Assembly: GCA_020137815.1 (NCBI GenBank)
Contig: CM035354.1
Coordinates: 3,596,001-3,660,000 of the forward strand
DNA from: Hormiphora californensis
Lineage: Eukaryota; Animalia; Ctenophora
DNA length: 64,000 bases
Direction: 5' to 3'
The notes under the pieces were generated by a model. It worked only from the letters and a program-made list of their open reading frames with translations. It did no database searches and was not told the origin of the DNA. Shown piece by piece: positions 1 to 13,600 of this stretch (the first letter of the stretch is position 1; every line of letters begins with the position of its first letter). Position numbers and translations under genes: made by a program.

Positions 1-1716
1 GGGAGAGGGGGATCACAGTTAAAGCCCAGAATGCCACACTCAGACATGTACACGAGGGGAAGGAGTACCTTCTGAATCTAATTGACACACCGGGACATGC
101 AGATTTCAATCACGAAGTAACAAGATCACTGCTGCTGAGTGATGGAGCTGTGTTGTTAGTAGATGCTTCTCAGGGTGTCCAAGCGCAGACAGTCAGTCAC
201 TTTTATACCGCGTTTGAGAGGGAGTTGGTGGTACTCGGGGCACTAAATAAGATAGATATACCGCACGCTAACATACCAGCCTGTGAGATAGACATGGAGA
301 GAATGTTTGATATCACAAATGTTACTCATCTCTCTGCTAAAACTGGTCAGGGGGTAGGGGAACTGATGACCCGGGTTATAACTGAAATACCCCCACCGAA
401 AGTGGACACTGACGCAGAGTTTCAGGGTTATCTACACGACTGTACCTATGGCGGTGGAATGGCAATTCTGACGATATTCGTCCGATCCGGCTCCCTATCT
501 CAAAGAGATACAATTGTGACAGTCGGGACAGATAAGCAGTTTCAAATTAGGGAGATGGGTGTATTTCTACCCTCTCGCTCCCCCACTCCCTACCTCCACT
601 CTGGACAAATGGGTTATGTGAAAATTAGGGTTCGTAGTGCTGCAGAGATAATAATAGGTGATACGATATGTCTCCCCAACTGTACGGTAAAACCAACTGT
701 CACATCCGTCCCACAACCTAAAAGTTCCGTATTCTCTGGAGTATTCCCGGATGAAGGAACTGACTTTGGATCTCTCAAACTCGCTCTAGATAAACTATCA
801 CAATCTGATACCTCCCTCTCAGTCTCCCCCTCATCCCACCCCTCACTAGGCCGGGGTTGGACTCTTGGGTTCCTAGGGACGCTCCACAGGGAGGTATTCG
901 CACAGAGGTTGCAGCAGGAGTTTGGGGAGAGTGTGATTCTAACTAAACCCACCATTGTATACCGTGCTATAATGTCGTCCCATCGGGGTGATGAGGAGGA
1001 GAAAAGGTCGTTTAACTCTCCTGACGACATGCCTGATAAGTGCTTTGTGGAGTGTTACCAGGAGCCGGTAGTGGATGCTTCAATTGTTACACCTAACCAA
1101 CATCTCGCTAAACTAATTTCACTTTGTCTATCGTGTAGAGGTAGGGAGCTGGAGTTAGCACAACTGAGTGATGATAGATCGCTTCTCAAGTACAGAATCC
1201 CTCTCGTCGAGACCGTGTCTGACTTCTCGTCCCATATCAAGAGACTGTCCAGTGGGTATGCTAGTTGTGATTTTGAGGATGCTGGCTATTGGGATTCGGA
1301 CCTTGTCAAGATGGATGTGTTAATTAATAAGGAGGTTGTACCTGGACTTTCTGTTATACTCAGGGAGGAACAGGTGAGATGTTACCATGCAGGTTACCAT
1401 GGTTACCATGCAGGTTACCATGCAGTATTTGTTGATATAGAATAGTCTTACTTTTTATAGCAGTTGGGCGTTTATTTACCCGCTATGGTTTGTATCCCTT
1501 ATTAATCACTCATCACCCACTTTGCACTTCCCCAGGTTAGGGAAGAGGCACTGAGGACGGTGGGTGAGATAGCGGCCATGATTTCTCAAGAAATGTTCAA
1601 GATCGTTATACAGTGTGCAGTTGGTGGGAAAATTATAGGACGCAAAGAAATAAAACCGGTATGAACCACTTTTTATTCCCCCTAGATTTCTCTCTTTCTC
1701 TCTCTCTTCTTCTCTC

Positions 1717-1799
<83 letters not shown>

Positions 1800-2430
1800 T
1801 TTTTATAAAAAGTCTTTGCGGGGTAGCAGACATATAAACGTTATAGTTTGCACTCTCTCTCTCGGGCGGGGCAGATTCTTTTGCGTAAGAACTGTCACCA
1901 TATAACCACTGCTGCTGCTGCTGCTGTCAGTTATAACCACTTCCCTGCTACAGACACGCCCCAATATATAATCAAGATAGTGACCCACCATACCCATCAA
2001 ATCAAGATAGTTTTTATACCATAATAGTATATACCTTTATATTCAACTAGTAAAATGCAACATATTTTACCCCCATAAACTGTTTGACGCAAGACATAGT
2101 GGCAAGCAACTCACGGCCCTCCCTTCATGCCCACGAAGTTACTGCTTAGTGATAAAATAAGGGCTTGGTCTCCTACACTATCATCAGTAAATCAGTATTC
2201 AGTAACACTGTTCTCCCCTTAGTGATAAATGACACTCGCTGCAACACCCTATGACACCCTGTGACACCCTATTCCCCCTATCTCAGTACATGACGGACGT
2301 GACGTCACGCCTTTACGGGGGTGATTTGTCAAGGAAAAAGAAGGTCCTGGAAAACAGGAGAATAGCGATGAAGAGTTTACAGGCACGAAGTAAAGTGAAC
2401 ATTCCGCGGGGGGTATTTAGAAGGTTCTGA
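1..2430 (+). CDS. GUF1: Translation factor GUF1 / LepA (EF4), mitochondrial type; 5' end outside window; exons ~<1-1373, 1536-1658, 2287-2430
   Basis: Frame from base 3 reads ERGITVKAQ...[11 protein letters not shown]...[13 protein letters not shown]...NKID...SAKTG, then [15 protein letters not shown] and SSGYAS. The spliced C-terminus reads [19 protein letters not shown]|[22 protein letters not shown], the LepA C-terminal motif. Introns are GT-AG and in phase. Confidence 0.93.
1688..1797. repeat. (CT)n microsatellite in GUF1 intron
   Basis: Dinucleotide run read directly. Confidence 0.95.
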
Positions 2431-2550
2431 GATGTATTGGGGTGTTTAGAAGATTAGCTGAGAGACAATTAATTGTATTTAGAACGGTTTAGAAGGTTCT
2501 GAGAGAAACTTAATTATTGGGGTTCTATGTAGATGATGTTGTTCTGTCTG
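2028..2550 (+). repeat. Copy 1 of ~520-bp direct duplication (GUF1 last intron end, last exon and 3' flank)
   Basis: Near-identical to 6711-7387 from tatatacctttat to gttgttctgtctg. Confidence 0.95.
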
Positions 2551-5076
2551 AAGAGGATGTTAATAGCCTTGTTGAGAAGTTATATGGAACGTTGCTAGTC
2601 CTGGTTGATAAGCACTGTCCAATGAAGAAGAGAAGGAAGAAAGAGAAGTATACACCATGGATGGATGAAGAGCTGCTAACCCTCCGGAGGAAGAAGCGGC
2701 GTGCTGAGAGAAAATGGAGAAAGGACAAGACTAAAGAGAAGCTGCAGCTAAGGGCCATGTATGTGGAACTAAGGTCAGCTTTCAACAAGATGGAGGTCAG
2801 AAAACGGTCAGAATACACCAGAAGAAATATTGAACTCTGTGGACGCGATCAAAAGAGGCTCAACCAACAACTGAGCAAGCTATTGGGTAACTCCAATGTT
2901 ATCCTCCCAGATATGGTCAACCCGGAGAAACTAGCGACTGAGTTTGGAGAGTTTTTCAAGTCCAAGATTGATAAACTACAGAAGAAGATTGGTGACAAGA
3001 TTGAAGAATTGGGTGAAAAGAAATCAACGGAGTCCGGTGCTTTTGAAGGAGAGACAGAAAGATTTGAGACGTTCAGTCTTATGACTGAAGATGAAGTGGC
3101 AAGCCTTGTTAAGAGCCTGCCGGATAAGTTCTGTGACCTGGACCCTATCCCGACCTCTCTGCTGAAGCAGCTCCTCCCTACTCTACTACCAGTGCTTACC
3201 AAAATCGTGAACACTTCTTTGCAGAGTGGTGTATTCCCGTCAGGACTGAAAGAGGCTATTGTGAGGCCCACAATCAAGAATACATCTGGAGATGTGGACT
3301 CTCTTGCGAACTACAGACCAGTCTCGAATCTCAGTGTTCTGTCCAAGCTAGCGGAGAAAGCTGTTAATGTACAGCTAAATGAACATTTGGAGAAAAACGA
3401 CCTGCGAGGTGAATGCCAATCTGGTTTTCGCCCCAACCACAGTTGTGAGACACATATGGTGCGAGTCGTTGATGATGTCCTTGGGGAAATGGACAGAGGA
3501 AATATTGTGGCAGTCGTTCAAATTGATCTTTCGGCTGCATTTGATACCATTGACCACCCTCAGCTTTTGAGGAGACTGGAGAAGCGGTTTGGAATTGGAT
3601 CAACGGTACTCGAATGGTTCACTAGCTATCTCAATGACAGGAGCTATAAAGTTAAAATTGGAGATGCCCTCTCACCTAGGCTCTTTCTCAAATATGGAGT
3701 ACCCCAAGGCTCTCTCCTTGGTCCTGTCCTCTTTGCCCTGTATGTGGAACCACTAGAACCTATTGTAAAGAAGTATGGACTCACAATACGACTTTATGCA
3801 GACGATAGCACTATATACATCGGATTCTGCCCTGTGGAAGGCTGGACAGGTTCAAAGGAGACTATTGAGAAATGTTTGGAGGAGGTAAGAACGTGGATGA
3901 TTGAAAACAGACTGATGGTTAATGAGGATAAAACTGAGTTTCTTATCCTGGGAAAGAAGAAGAAGATGGATATTGTACGTGAGGAGAGTGACCTGACTCT
4001 TGAGCTAAATGGGAACATCATTTCCCCCATGGACATGGCTGGAAAATCGGGAAAGACCCTTGGTGTCTATCTTGATGAACAAATGGATATGAAACGTCAA
4101 ATCTCCATGGTCAAGAGGAATGCTGGAGTTACTATGAGGAACCTCTGGCAGATCCGCCGATTTATTGATAAACCTCTACGTCTGATGCTTGCCTCCCAGC
4201 TGGTCATATCCAAAGTGGACTATTGCAATGCCCTGTATTTCAACCTACCGGCCTCTACCATCAAGCCGCTGAAAGGACTAATGAATCAAGTAATAAGATA
4301 CATCCATGGAGTCAGAGAGAGGAAAGTTGATCTGGACCCCTTCTACCGTGATTCCCATATCCTTACGATTGAGAAGAGGATATTTTTCAAAATCTGTTTA
4401 CTAGGGTACAAGATCTATTATGGAAGTGCCCCTCAGTACCTTCAGGATCTAGTGGAACATGATGAAAATACTGCAGTGCAGAAGTCTACTCGTCAGAGCT
4501 GTAAAGTAGACCATTACAAGTTAAAGCTACTTTCTGGAAATGTGAAAGTGAGCAAACTGGGAAAAAGGAGAATATCCCAATATCTCCCCCATGTCTGGAA
4601 CAACCTACCGGAGAACCTCAGAGACGCACCTTCAGAGGACTCCTTCCGTATTCGCCTGAAGACCTACCTGTTCGATGCTACTGTTACCTTCTCTGAAAGA
4701 CCTTATTTGGTTTTCGACATCAGTCTTTAATAATTTCTTTTCGGTTATTCATTAGTCCCCGTTCTCACACGGTGACCCCTGCTGCTGCCACATAATTCTT
4801 TATAATCTAAGATACTATTCAGTTTATCATTTTTGTTATTATTTTTTCTGATTATACTTGTCACCCACAGTCACCAAGTGTTGAGAGTTAATAAAGTCTA
4901 CTATATATGTCAGTTATAAGTCACCAGTATGAGTTACCATTTACGACCTTTTGTCAACCAATATGTCAAGATAGGATGAGAGAACCGCTATGAATGGCAA
5001 TTGCTCTTCGAACCAATCGAGAGTACTTGTCTATTTAGTCGGTATATAAATCCATTTTGTTGTTGTTGTTGTTGTT
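2551..5076 (+). mobile_element. 5'-truncated non-LTR retrotransposon (L2/CR1-group LINE); RT ORF intact to stop at 4730, 3' UTR, (TTG)n tail
   Basis: Motifs NYRPVSNL, QSGFR, IDLSAAFDTIDH, GVPQGSLLGPVLF, YADD, NEDKTE, ISKVDYCNAL and WNNLP. No APE endonuclease domain. The ORF 5' end runs into host sequence at 2550. TTG repeats at ~5057-5076. Confidence 0.9.
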
Positions 5077-5234
5077 GAATAATGACCCCTTCTAAAGACA
5101 TTTGAGCAAAAATTATGTCTAATCGGTTTTCGCACTCGATTTTGGGGGCTATTTTTAGAATTCGGTCAAAAACCCATTTTTTCACTTTGAAAGGCTGTCA
5201 CCATGGACCAGATGGGTAGTTTGTCATTATTTAA

Positions 5235-6226
5235 GGCCAGAGGGGGGGGTCGACGGATTTTTTGGGGTGTTTTTTGAGGTATACGTTATATGAAAGCGCT
5301 GGGCAAGGCGGATCGATTAGAACAGACGTCATCGATGTTGCGCGCACCGTTTGGCCAAAATTTGGGGGTTAACATTTGGCCTATAATGGATGTTAACCCC
5401 TATAAATCAGGATTGGTGGGGTCTAGAACATCCATCATTGTACCAAAGGCTTCGTCTTGTCTTGATACAACTTCCTGAAAAGTTTTATGTCGTTACTCCA
5501 ACTACTTCTTGATTTTTTGGGGGTTTACAAAATATGCGGAAAAAGCCCTTTTTGCCTCTAATTTTGCTCTTTTTTGGGACATCCTGCCTCACTTCCTGAA
5601 ATAACGGCTAGGACTCAGACCTTGCCGTTTGGCATAGTTGTTCTAGAGACCGTGTTCTTCAAATTTGATGTAGCGATTTTTGATTAAGGCCCCCGTTCAA
5701 AAATTATAGGGGTTAACATTAGTTTTGTCCATGAAAATTTTATGTAAACCCCTATAATTTTTGAACGGGGGCCTTAATCAAAAATCGCTACATCAAATTT
5801 GAAGAACACGGTCTCTAGAACAACTATGCCAAACGGCAAGGTCTGAGTCCTAGCCGTTATTTCAGGAAGTGAGGCAGGATGTCCCAAAAAAGAGCAAAAT
5901 TAGAGGCAAAAAGGGCTTTTTCCGCATATTTTGTAAACCCCCAAAAAATCAAGAAGTAGTTGGAGTAACGACATAAAACTTTTCAGGAAGTTGTATCAAG
6001 ACAAGACGAAGCCTTTGGTACAATGATGGATGTTCTAGACCCCACCAATCCTGATTTATAGGGGTTAACATCCATTATAGGCCAAATGTTAACCCCCAAA
6101 TTTTGGCCAAACGGTGCGCGCAACATCGATGACGTCTGTTCTAATCGATCCGCCTTGCCCAGCGCTTTCATATAACGTATACCTCAAAAAACACCCCAAA
6201 AAACCCGTCGACCCCCCCCTCTGGCC
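5235..6226. mobile_element. ~990-bp foldback MITE with TTAA TSD and GG..CC termini (Kolobok-like), nested in a larger non-coding element (~5077-6709)
   Basis: TTAA|GGCCAGAGGGGGGGG...CCCCCCCCTCTGGCC|TTAA. Arms of ~480 bp are reverse complements (identical 62-aa ORFs on both strands), with a short asymmetric centre at ~5715-5746. Confidence 0.8.
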
Positions 6227-6710
6227 TTAAGGCTTAAATTGAGGTTTAGACTCTGCTCAACACGATCCTAAAGTTATCTGATGGTTTTGAACATCTTAGG
6301 TGACCTGAAATTCGAGTTTGAAAAAATCGCTCAAAAACGGGCGATTTTTCATGGATTTTTGTGTCATAATTGTTGCGATTTGTTGTCCTCCACTGAAATT
6401 CTGACACTTTTTCTGCAAAAAAACGATTGTTTGAGATGTCAACTGATACAGTGGACTACTTCAGGACCAAAAAAATTCGTTTGCTTATCTTTGTGGTTGC
6501 TTTTCGACCACTTTTTGGGTAAGTGAGACGGCACCATGACCTATGACCATAAAATTCTTTATAGCGTTAGCACAAAATTTTTCCAGATCGCTAAAATGGT
6601 CGTTATGGGACCCAATTTCCATCAGGAACAAGGTCCTGTAAAAATTATATGGCTCCGATGAGCACAAAGCTTTAAAAAATGCTAGTGCAAATCATTATGG
6701 ATCACCCTAA

Positions 6711-7387
6711 TATATACCTTTATATTCAACTAGTAAAATGCAACATATTTTACCCCCATAAACTGTTTGACGCAAGACATAGTGGCAAGCAACTCACGGC
6801 CCTCCCTTCATGCCCACGAAGTTACTGCTTAGTGATAAAATAAGGGCTTGGTCTCCTACACTATCATCAGTAAATCAGTATTCAGTAACACTGTTCTCCC
6901 CTTAGTGATAAATGACACTCGCTGTAACACCCTAAAACACCCTGTTTCCCCTATAACACCCTATAACACCCTCCAACACCCTATGACACCCTATTCCCCC
7001 TATCTCAGTACATGACGGACGTGACGTCACGCCTTTACGGGGGTGATTTGTCAAGGAAAAAGAAGGTCCTGGAAAACAGGAGAATAGCGATGAAGAGTTT
7101 ACAGGCACGAAGTAAAGTGAACATTCCGCGTGGGGTATTTAGAAGGTTCTGAGATGTATTGGGCAGGAACCGACCGAATCACGAAATACTGGTCCCTGAT
7201 TGGCTAATAACCAGTCACGTGACCTAAATAACGAGCTCTGATTGGTTGTTTACTTGGTTCGGTCGGTCCCTGGTATTGGGGTGTTTAGAAGATTCTGAGA
7301 GACAATTAATTGTATTTAGAACGGTTTAGAAGGTTCTGAGAGAAACTTAATTATTGGGGTTCTATGTAGATGATGTTGTTCTGTCTG
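6711..7387 (+). repeat. Copy 2 of the GUF1 terminal duplication, with an intact second last exon (7009-7152) and a MITE insertion
   Basis: The exon differs from 2287-2430 by one synonymous change (CGG/CGT). Confidence 0.95.
7164..7272. mobile_element. 109-bp hAT-type MITE (CAGG...CCTG), 8-bp TSD GTATTGGG
   Basis: TIR caggaaccgaccgaa / ttcggtcggtccctg. TSD on both sides. The empty site is present in duplicate copy 1 at 2434-2441. Confidence 0.9.
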
Positions 7388-7638
7388 TTGTTTAATTTAT
7401 TATGTTCGATGTTTTCTAGTCAGTACTACAGAGTACAGAGTATTATTTTATACCTCAACTCACGAAAAAAGTAGTTTCTTTTCAGGTTTTCCAACCACAT
7501 CTAGTAATACTAGTAGTATGTGTTTGCATTGGTAGGGGAATCACTGGTTGATTAAAAGTTAAATAACGAAACCTCACCTCTATTATAATAGCTGATGGTA
7601 AACCTCAAATATATCGAATCAGCTACAACAAAACAGTC

Positions 7639-10600
7639 ATGCCAGAAGCCTGTGGAGCTGTCTCCTCTCTTCTACTGTTACTTGCTATTGCTGCAATAAT
7701 AACAACTGGAGTTATATTCATTGACCCAATCGTTAAACACAGTAAGTCATAATAACAACTGGAGTTATATTCATTGACCCAATCGTTAAACACAGTAAGT
7801 CAGAGTTATCTAGTTACACTTGATAGTTTTAGTCAACTATTATGTACTACTACTATACTACTACATCCTATAAATTAGTTAATTGATTAATTAAATTGTC
7901 AGATACAAAGATAAAGAACGGGTCATGTCGGGTGACTGGTATCTCATGGGTAGAACAGAACAAGTGCTTTATAACATCTGAGAATCTGGAGTACTACATT
8001 CCAAAGCTTACTGCCATGTTTAGTGAAGCTGGCCAGGAGGAGGATTTCGCTAAGTTGCAGGAGATTACTGGGGTGTACGTGAATAATGAACAAATAGATA
8101 TGGAAAATTTGGTAAGATTAGTTAGATAACTACTTATCTACTTAAATAATTAGATAACTTAAATTTAACCCTTTGGGGACGATAAGCCCCCTGTCGACAG
8201 AATTCTCTAAAACTTTCTGGAGACACTTACTTTGAACCTACTTAAACGTAGGAAAAGGAATTTTGGTTCTACCACCTGTATTTCTATTGGGTCACCTGTG
8301 ACCCAAAACAGGAACTGAGATTTCGCAGCTATTTTGCCCCATAACTCGAAAACCGTTCATTTTAGGCACTATGTTTCTTCATAACACTTATATAAACCCG
8401 GCCGTTCTGCACATTTTGAACACCCTATGGACCTCTCTATCTCATCCGTAGCCGATTTTAGAATTTCAAAATTGGTCGAGATGAAAAATTTTCTGAAGGA
8501 GCAGGGATCTCAAAAAAATTTTTATCGACTCCCTTGGATGTTGAGATAACAATGATGGAGTCGGTTAGTTTTGGACTTTTATCGGCGGCCATTCCTTTAG
8601 AAATGCTCGTAAAATGCAAATTTCTGTTTTAGCGTTAGGGGACGATTGGGTCACAGGTGACCCAGCACTTTGAAGGCCTCTGAGAGGCACAAAATTTGCA
8701 ATATCACCCTGAAACTTTACCCCGGAGTAAAATATACACTTTTTAGCCCTGTTTTCCGAAGTCGACGACTTCAGAGGCTCAAAACGACCTCAAAATGGTA
8801 GAAAAATGTATGTTTCAACCCTGGAAACAATTTAAAACTTTCAAACGTGGTCTAGAAAGACGCTAAATGGGTTCAAAGTATTGGGTCACCTGTGACCCAA
8901 TCGTCTCCAAAGGGTTAAAACAAGCTTAGAAGTGGTTAGAAAGTTGCTCACTATTCCTCACAATTTATTAATTCTAGGCGACGATATTCGATAATGGTGA
9001 GGAGGATAGGTTAGTCAGTTGTAATGATCCAGAGGTACAAACGGCTGTTTTTCTAAAACTTCTCGAAGAAGTCCCTGGCATTCACGTAAGAGAAAAGGAG
9101 AGAGGAAGAGTTTGTTATATAAGACAAGGAGAGAGGGAGAGTTTGTTATAAGAAACAAGGAGAGAGGGAGAGTTTGTTATACAAGACAAGGAGAGAGAAG
9201 AGAGTTTGTTATACAAGACAAGGGTCGGGGTGGGAGCGACAAGACAACCCACAAGGCATACCCGAAATAGGAGAGATGATAAATATCTAAACACAATACA
9301 TGTATATTCCCACCACTACAGATTGTCGATAATGACACGATTACACCTGGCACTAACTGGTTCCCCTGTTTCCTAAAGAAGGATGGACGGTACAAAAAGT
9401 TTGGACGGTCTAGATCTAAATACGATGTCATCGTACTAAATCTAATTGTATGTGTAATTAATTATAGGCTTGAGCTTGAGCTTGAGCTTGAATTTAGAGT
9501 GATGAAATGCGATTCTTCTCTAATTAATTCTTGCTCAGATCACTGAAAAATTATCCTATGTTCTAACAACACTCTAAAGATTGCATCGTTCCACCCTCTC
9601 TCTCTCCGCACACCCCAGAGGAGGGTTAGAACAATCTATAGATTGTTTTGTACTGTTATAGACTGAAAGTACAGACTCTAATCATAGCGCTGGCAAGCGC
9701 CCGGGGCCCAATCCTCCCTCCCCCCAACCATCCTTCCCTTAAAAATGTCCATTTTCCAAGCATTCTTGCTTCCATTGAATGGAAAATCGAAATTGCGAAA
9801 AAAAATTTTTTTGAATTTTTTGAAAATTTTTGAAAATTTTGACAGCGCTACTATACTTATTGTCTGAAATCGGCAATTTCAACTTTATTTTAGACAACCT
9901 TCCCGTTGTCCTACGAACTTGCCGCTTGGTAGTTCGTGTTGCCTTGACACCTAGAGCACACGTTCAAAATTTCATGCAAATCGGAGTTACGGTTTTTACG
10001 TTACAGAGGGTCGTATTTTAGACAAAATGTCCGTTTTTCGCGTCACGAACGACCGTAAAGTAACGACAATTTTGCGTACACAATAGAGGCCACAGTTTTA
10101 GAGCTATCACCATGAAACTTTGGGGGTCGATAGATCTAGTGGTGTACCTTGTATTAAAGCTTGGACAGAGAAAACGGACAGTCATAACAAAAGTTATGAC
10201 TGTCTTAAGTTTTGTTTGGCGCTTAAGACGGCTTTCCCGTCGTTCTACCTATACGCCGTTTGGTACGTGGTGTTGCCTTGACATCTTGAACATACGTTAA
10301 AAATTTCAAGCAAATCCGAGTTACGGTTCTTCAGTTACAGGTATCTGACTGTATTTAGATTTAAGACGATTTTCAAAAAACCTAGAAAAGAGCAAATTAA
10401 ACTACAAATCATGATTTTATCATATATATTTTGCCAACGTATGTCAACTGCTGTATTTTCAGGTATAATTGGTAGTCATATCTAGATTTATGACTGTCTT
10501 AAATTTAAGACGATTTTAAAAAAAACCTAGAAAGAAGCGATTCAGAGTCTGAATTAACATTGAATCAGATTTATTTTATAAAATTAGGTTTATTGCCGCA

Positions 10601-13600
10601 TTTTCAGTTATAATTGGTAGTCATATCTAGAGTTATGACTGTCTTAAATATACGACGATTTTAAAAGTTACTGAGAAAAGAGCGAATTAGCACCTAAAAC
10701 CTGATTGTATCAGATATATCTGATTATCAATGCTTATCCGTGATCATTATCCGTGACTAATAATCAAAATCATAGAACAATCGCGGAGAACCAATCGCGA
10801 ATACTGTAAAACCAGATATTTTCGCGACCATTAATTTTCGCGATTCGATCAAAATTGACTATTTTCGCGGTTTTAATTTTTGCTTATCCCACTGCCACCC
10901 CCATTTCACGGTCCTAGTCTATTGTTTAATTACGCCAAGAGTGCAGTCATTATTGCCATGAGACACCACTCACCAGACCTGCTTGGCGTAGACCAATGAA
11001 GTGTGAGCATTTTCTCATTGCTGATTGGCTCTAAGAGATAGCCAATCAGAGATGAGAAAATCGTCCAAAATATTTTCGCGGATTTAATTTTCGCGGATTT
11101 TCCAGCCAAAAATAAATAGCGAAAATTAAACCCTCACGAAAATTAATGGTTTTACAGTATATCAAATGCTGATAACTAATCAATAATAGTAATCGCGGAT
11201 AACTAACCACGATAACTTATCGCGAATAAGTAATATAATAGTAACCAATCGCAGATAGCATATTCGCAGATAGCTAATCGCGATAGCTTATAATACTTAT
11301 AACGGATTCGTGATCAGCTATCCGCGATTGGTTATCCGTGATTACTATAATATATTAGATATTCGCAATTGATATCCGAAATTGGATTTCTGCGATTATT
11401 ATGGGGCTACCTACGATTGAAAAAGTCCGTGAATCCCCAATCGTTTAATCGCGTTTATTAAATACAGCTAGTATTACAAAATGCATGTCGTAGTATAACA
11501 AAATGCCTGATACTAGATCCAAAAACCAAACAAGTTTGGTGGATAGCCGGGGCCGCAGAAATTAAAAAACGTGCGAAAGTTTTGATACATGAACTTTCGG
11601 GGCCTGGGGTGCTGTTAAATTCGCGTTTCCATGATATAATAGTCAGCCGTTCATTCAAAGCATACTATTATTCTGTAAAACAGACTCTGAAACGACCCAA
11701 TGGCCACTGTGCGCAGTACATTAAATATTTGACATGTTGATCTGTATGTTTAATAATGCGGAATAAAAAATAATGATAATTTGATCATTGCGATAGTTTC
11801 CTAGCGTATAGTTTGAAAATGTTGCTGGTTATAATCATGGAATCGCGAATTTAACAGCACCCCAGGCCCCGAAAGTTCATGTATCAAAACTTTCGCACGT
11901 TTTTTAATTTCTGCGGCCCCGGCTATCCACCAAACTTGTTTGGTTTTTGGATCTAGTCATCTAATACAGGGTGTTCATATGGGATCTTTACAAGCGTTGG
12001 GCTTCACCCAGAAAAAAGTTGATAAAATTAGCTCATGAAACTTCATACTTGGACTATTCTATACCCTCATTCAAGGTTCCTGGTGTTTCCGGAGCTCTAC
12101 TACCCCTGGAAGTGTGTTTTTGGCATTAAAACTACCAGAAGGAATTTTTTGCTGGTGCTGAGACTTTGCTAGAATGTTTTTTGGGTATTTTATATGTCAA
12201 TTCCAAAGTTTCATGATGATTGGATGAACTCAAAATTTCAAAAAAGTGCCTGGAAAGACTAAAAGACTAAAATATCAATTTTTGTCGTTTTTGAGCTGTT
12301 TTTGGGCCTTTCTAGCCAGTTTATTTGGAACTTGGTGACTAAACCACACATCCAATCATCATGAAACTTTGGAATTGACATAGAAAATACCCAAAAAACA
12401 TTCTAGCAAAGTCTCAGCACCAGCAAAAATTCCTTCTGGTGGTTTTGATGCCAAAAACACACTTCCAGGGGTAGTACAGCTCCGGAAACACCAGGAACCT
12501 TGAATGAGGGTATAGAATAGTCGAAGTATGAAGTTTCATATGCTAATTTTATCAACTATTTTCTGGGTGAAGCCCAACGCTTGTAAAGATCCCATATGAA
12601 CACCCTGTACATTTCAGGAACCTGACAAATCAGTGTGGATATGGTTCCTAGTTAGCTGGATCGTGTACCTGGTTCTTTGTGCCATTCACGCCATCTTAAT
12701 GTTCATCGTGGAAGCTGTCGGGAATGTTTGTGGATCTCTAGGGTAAGAGTTGGGGAAGTTTGTGGCTCTCTAGGGTAAGAGTTGGGAATGTTTGTGGATC
12801 TCTAGGGTAAGAGTTGGGGATGTTTGTGGATCTCTGGGGTAAGAGTTGGGAATGTTTGTGGATCTCTAGGGTAAAAGTTGGGAATGTTTGTGGATCTCTG
12901 GGGTAAGAGTTGGGGAAGTTTGTGGCTCTCTGGGGTAAAAGTTGGGAATGTTTGTAGCTCTCTAGGGTAAGAGTTGGGGAAGTTTGTGGCTCTCTGGGGT
13001 AAAAGTTGGGAATGTTTGTAGCTCTCTAGGGTAAGAGTTGGGGATGTTTGTGGATCTCTGGGGTAAGAGTTGGGGAAGTTTGTTGGGTCAGCGTTGGTAA
13101 ATTGTGGTATCTTTGTTAGGTAATTAGAGTTCCACCTACTCAAATTTAAAGCTTAACTTATCCAATTTCAGCTTTTTATTGGCTCTTGTTGGGTTCCTAA
13201 TTCTGGGTGTGGCATGTCTCATTCTGTTCATTCCATTTTTAATTCTCCACCTACTGATACATGCTGCATGTATCCCCATCTTCAACTGTTGTGGAGTTGA
13301 GAAACAAGAATTCTACCATTCATTGTGAGTTTGGAGGTTTAGATATTATTAATTATTATTATTTTTTATTAAAAATTAGTTTCCTTTTAAACCATTCCGT
13401 GTTGTTATTAGAGTCAGACCTAAATCTACCGGGATACTCGGGGGAAAGAGTTTTCCCCGGTATATTGGGGTACTCCGTGTTACTACAGTTATTGTGTTTC
13501 AGCAAGAGGGGATCCATACTGTACCTAGCGTTCAAGCTGTTTCGGGGTCTTTGTAAGAAGTGCAGTGGTTGGTATAGAGCCAGATCAACGGATAATGAGT

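Noticed and set aside
2517-2550. Host-RT fusion protein start
   Set aside because: The TTG start lies in the GUF1 3' flank, after the GUF1 stop. The open frame is a chance junction with the truncated LINE.
5290-6171. Two identical 62-aa ORFs on opposite strands
   Set aside because: A consequence of the foldback MITE arms; no protein motif.
12720-13085. CRISPR-like ~32-bp periodic array
   Set aside because: Head-to-tail units without unique spacers, no cas genes, eukaryotic intron context.
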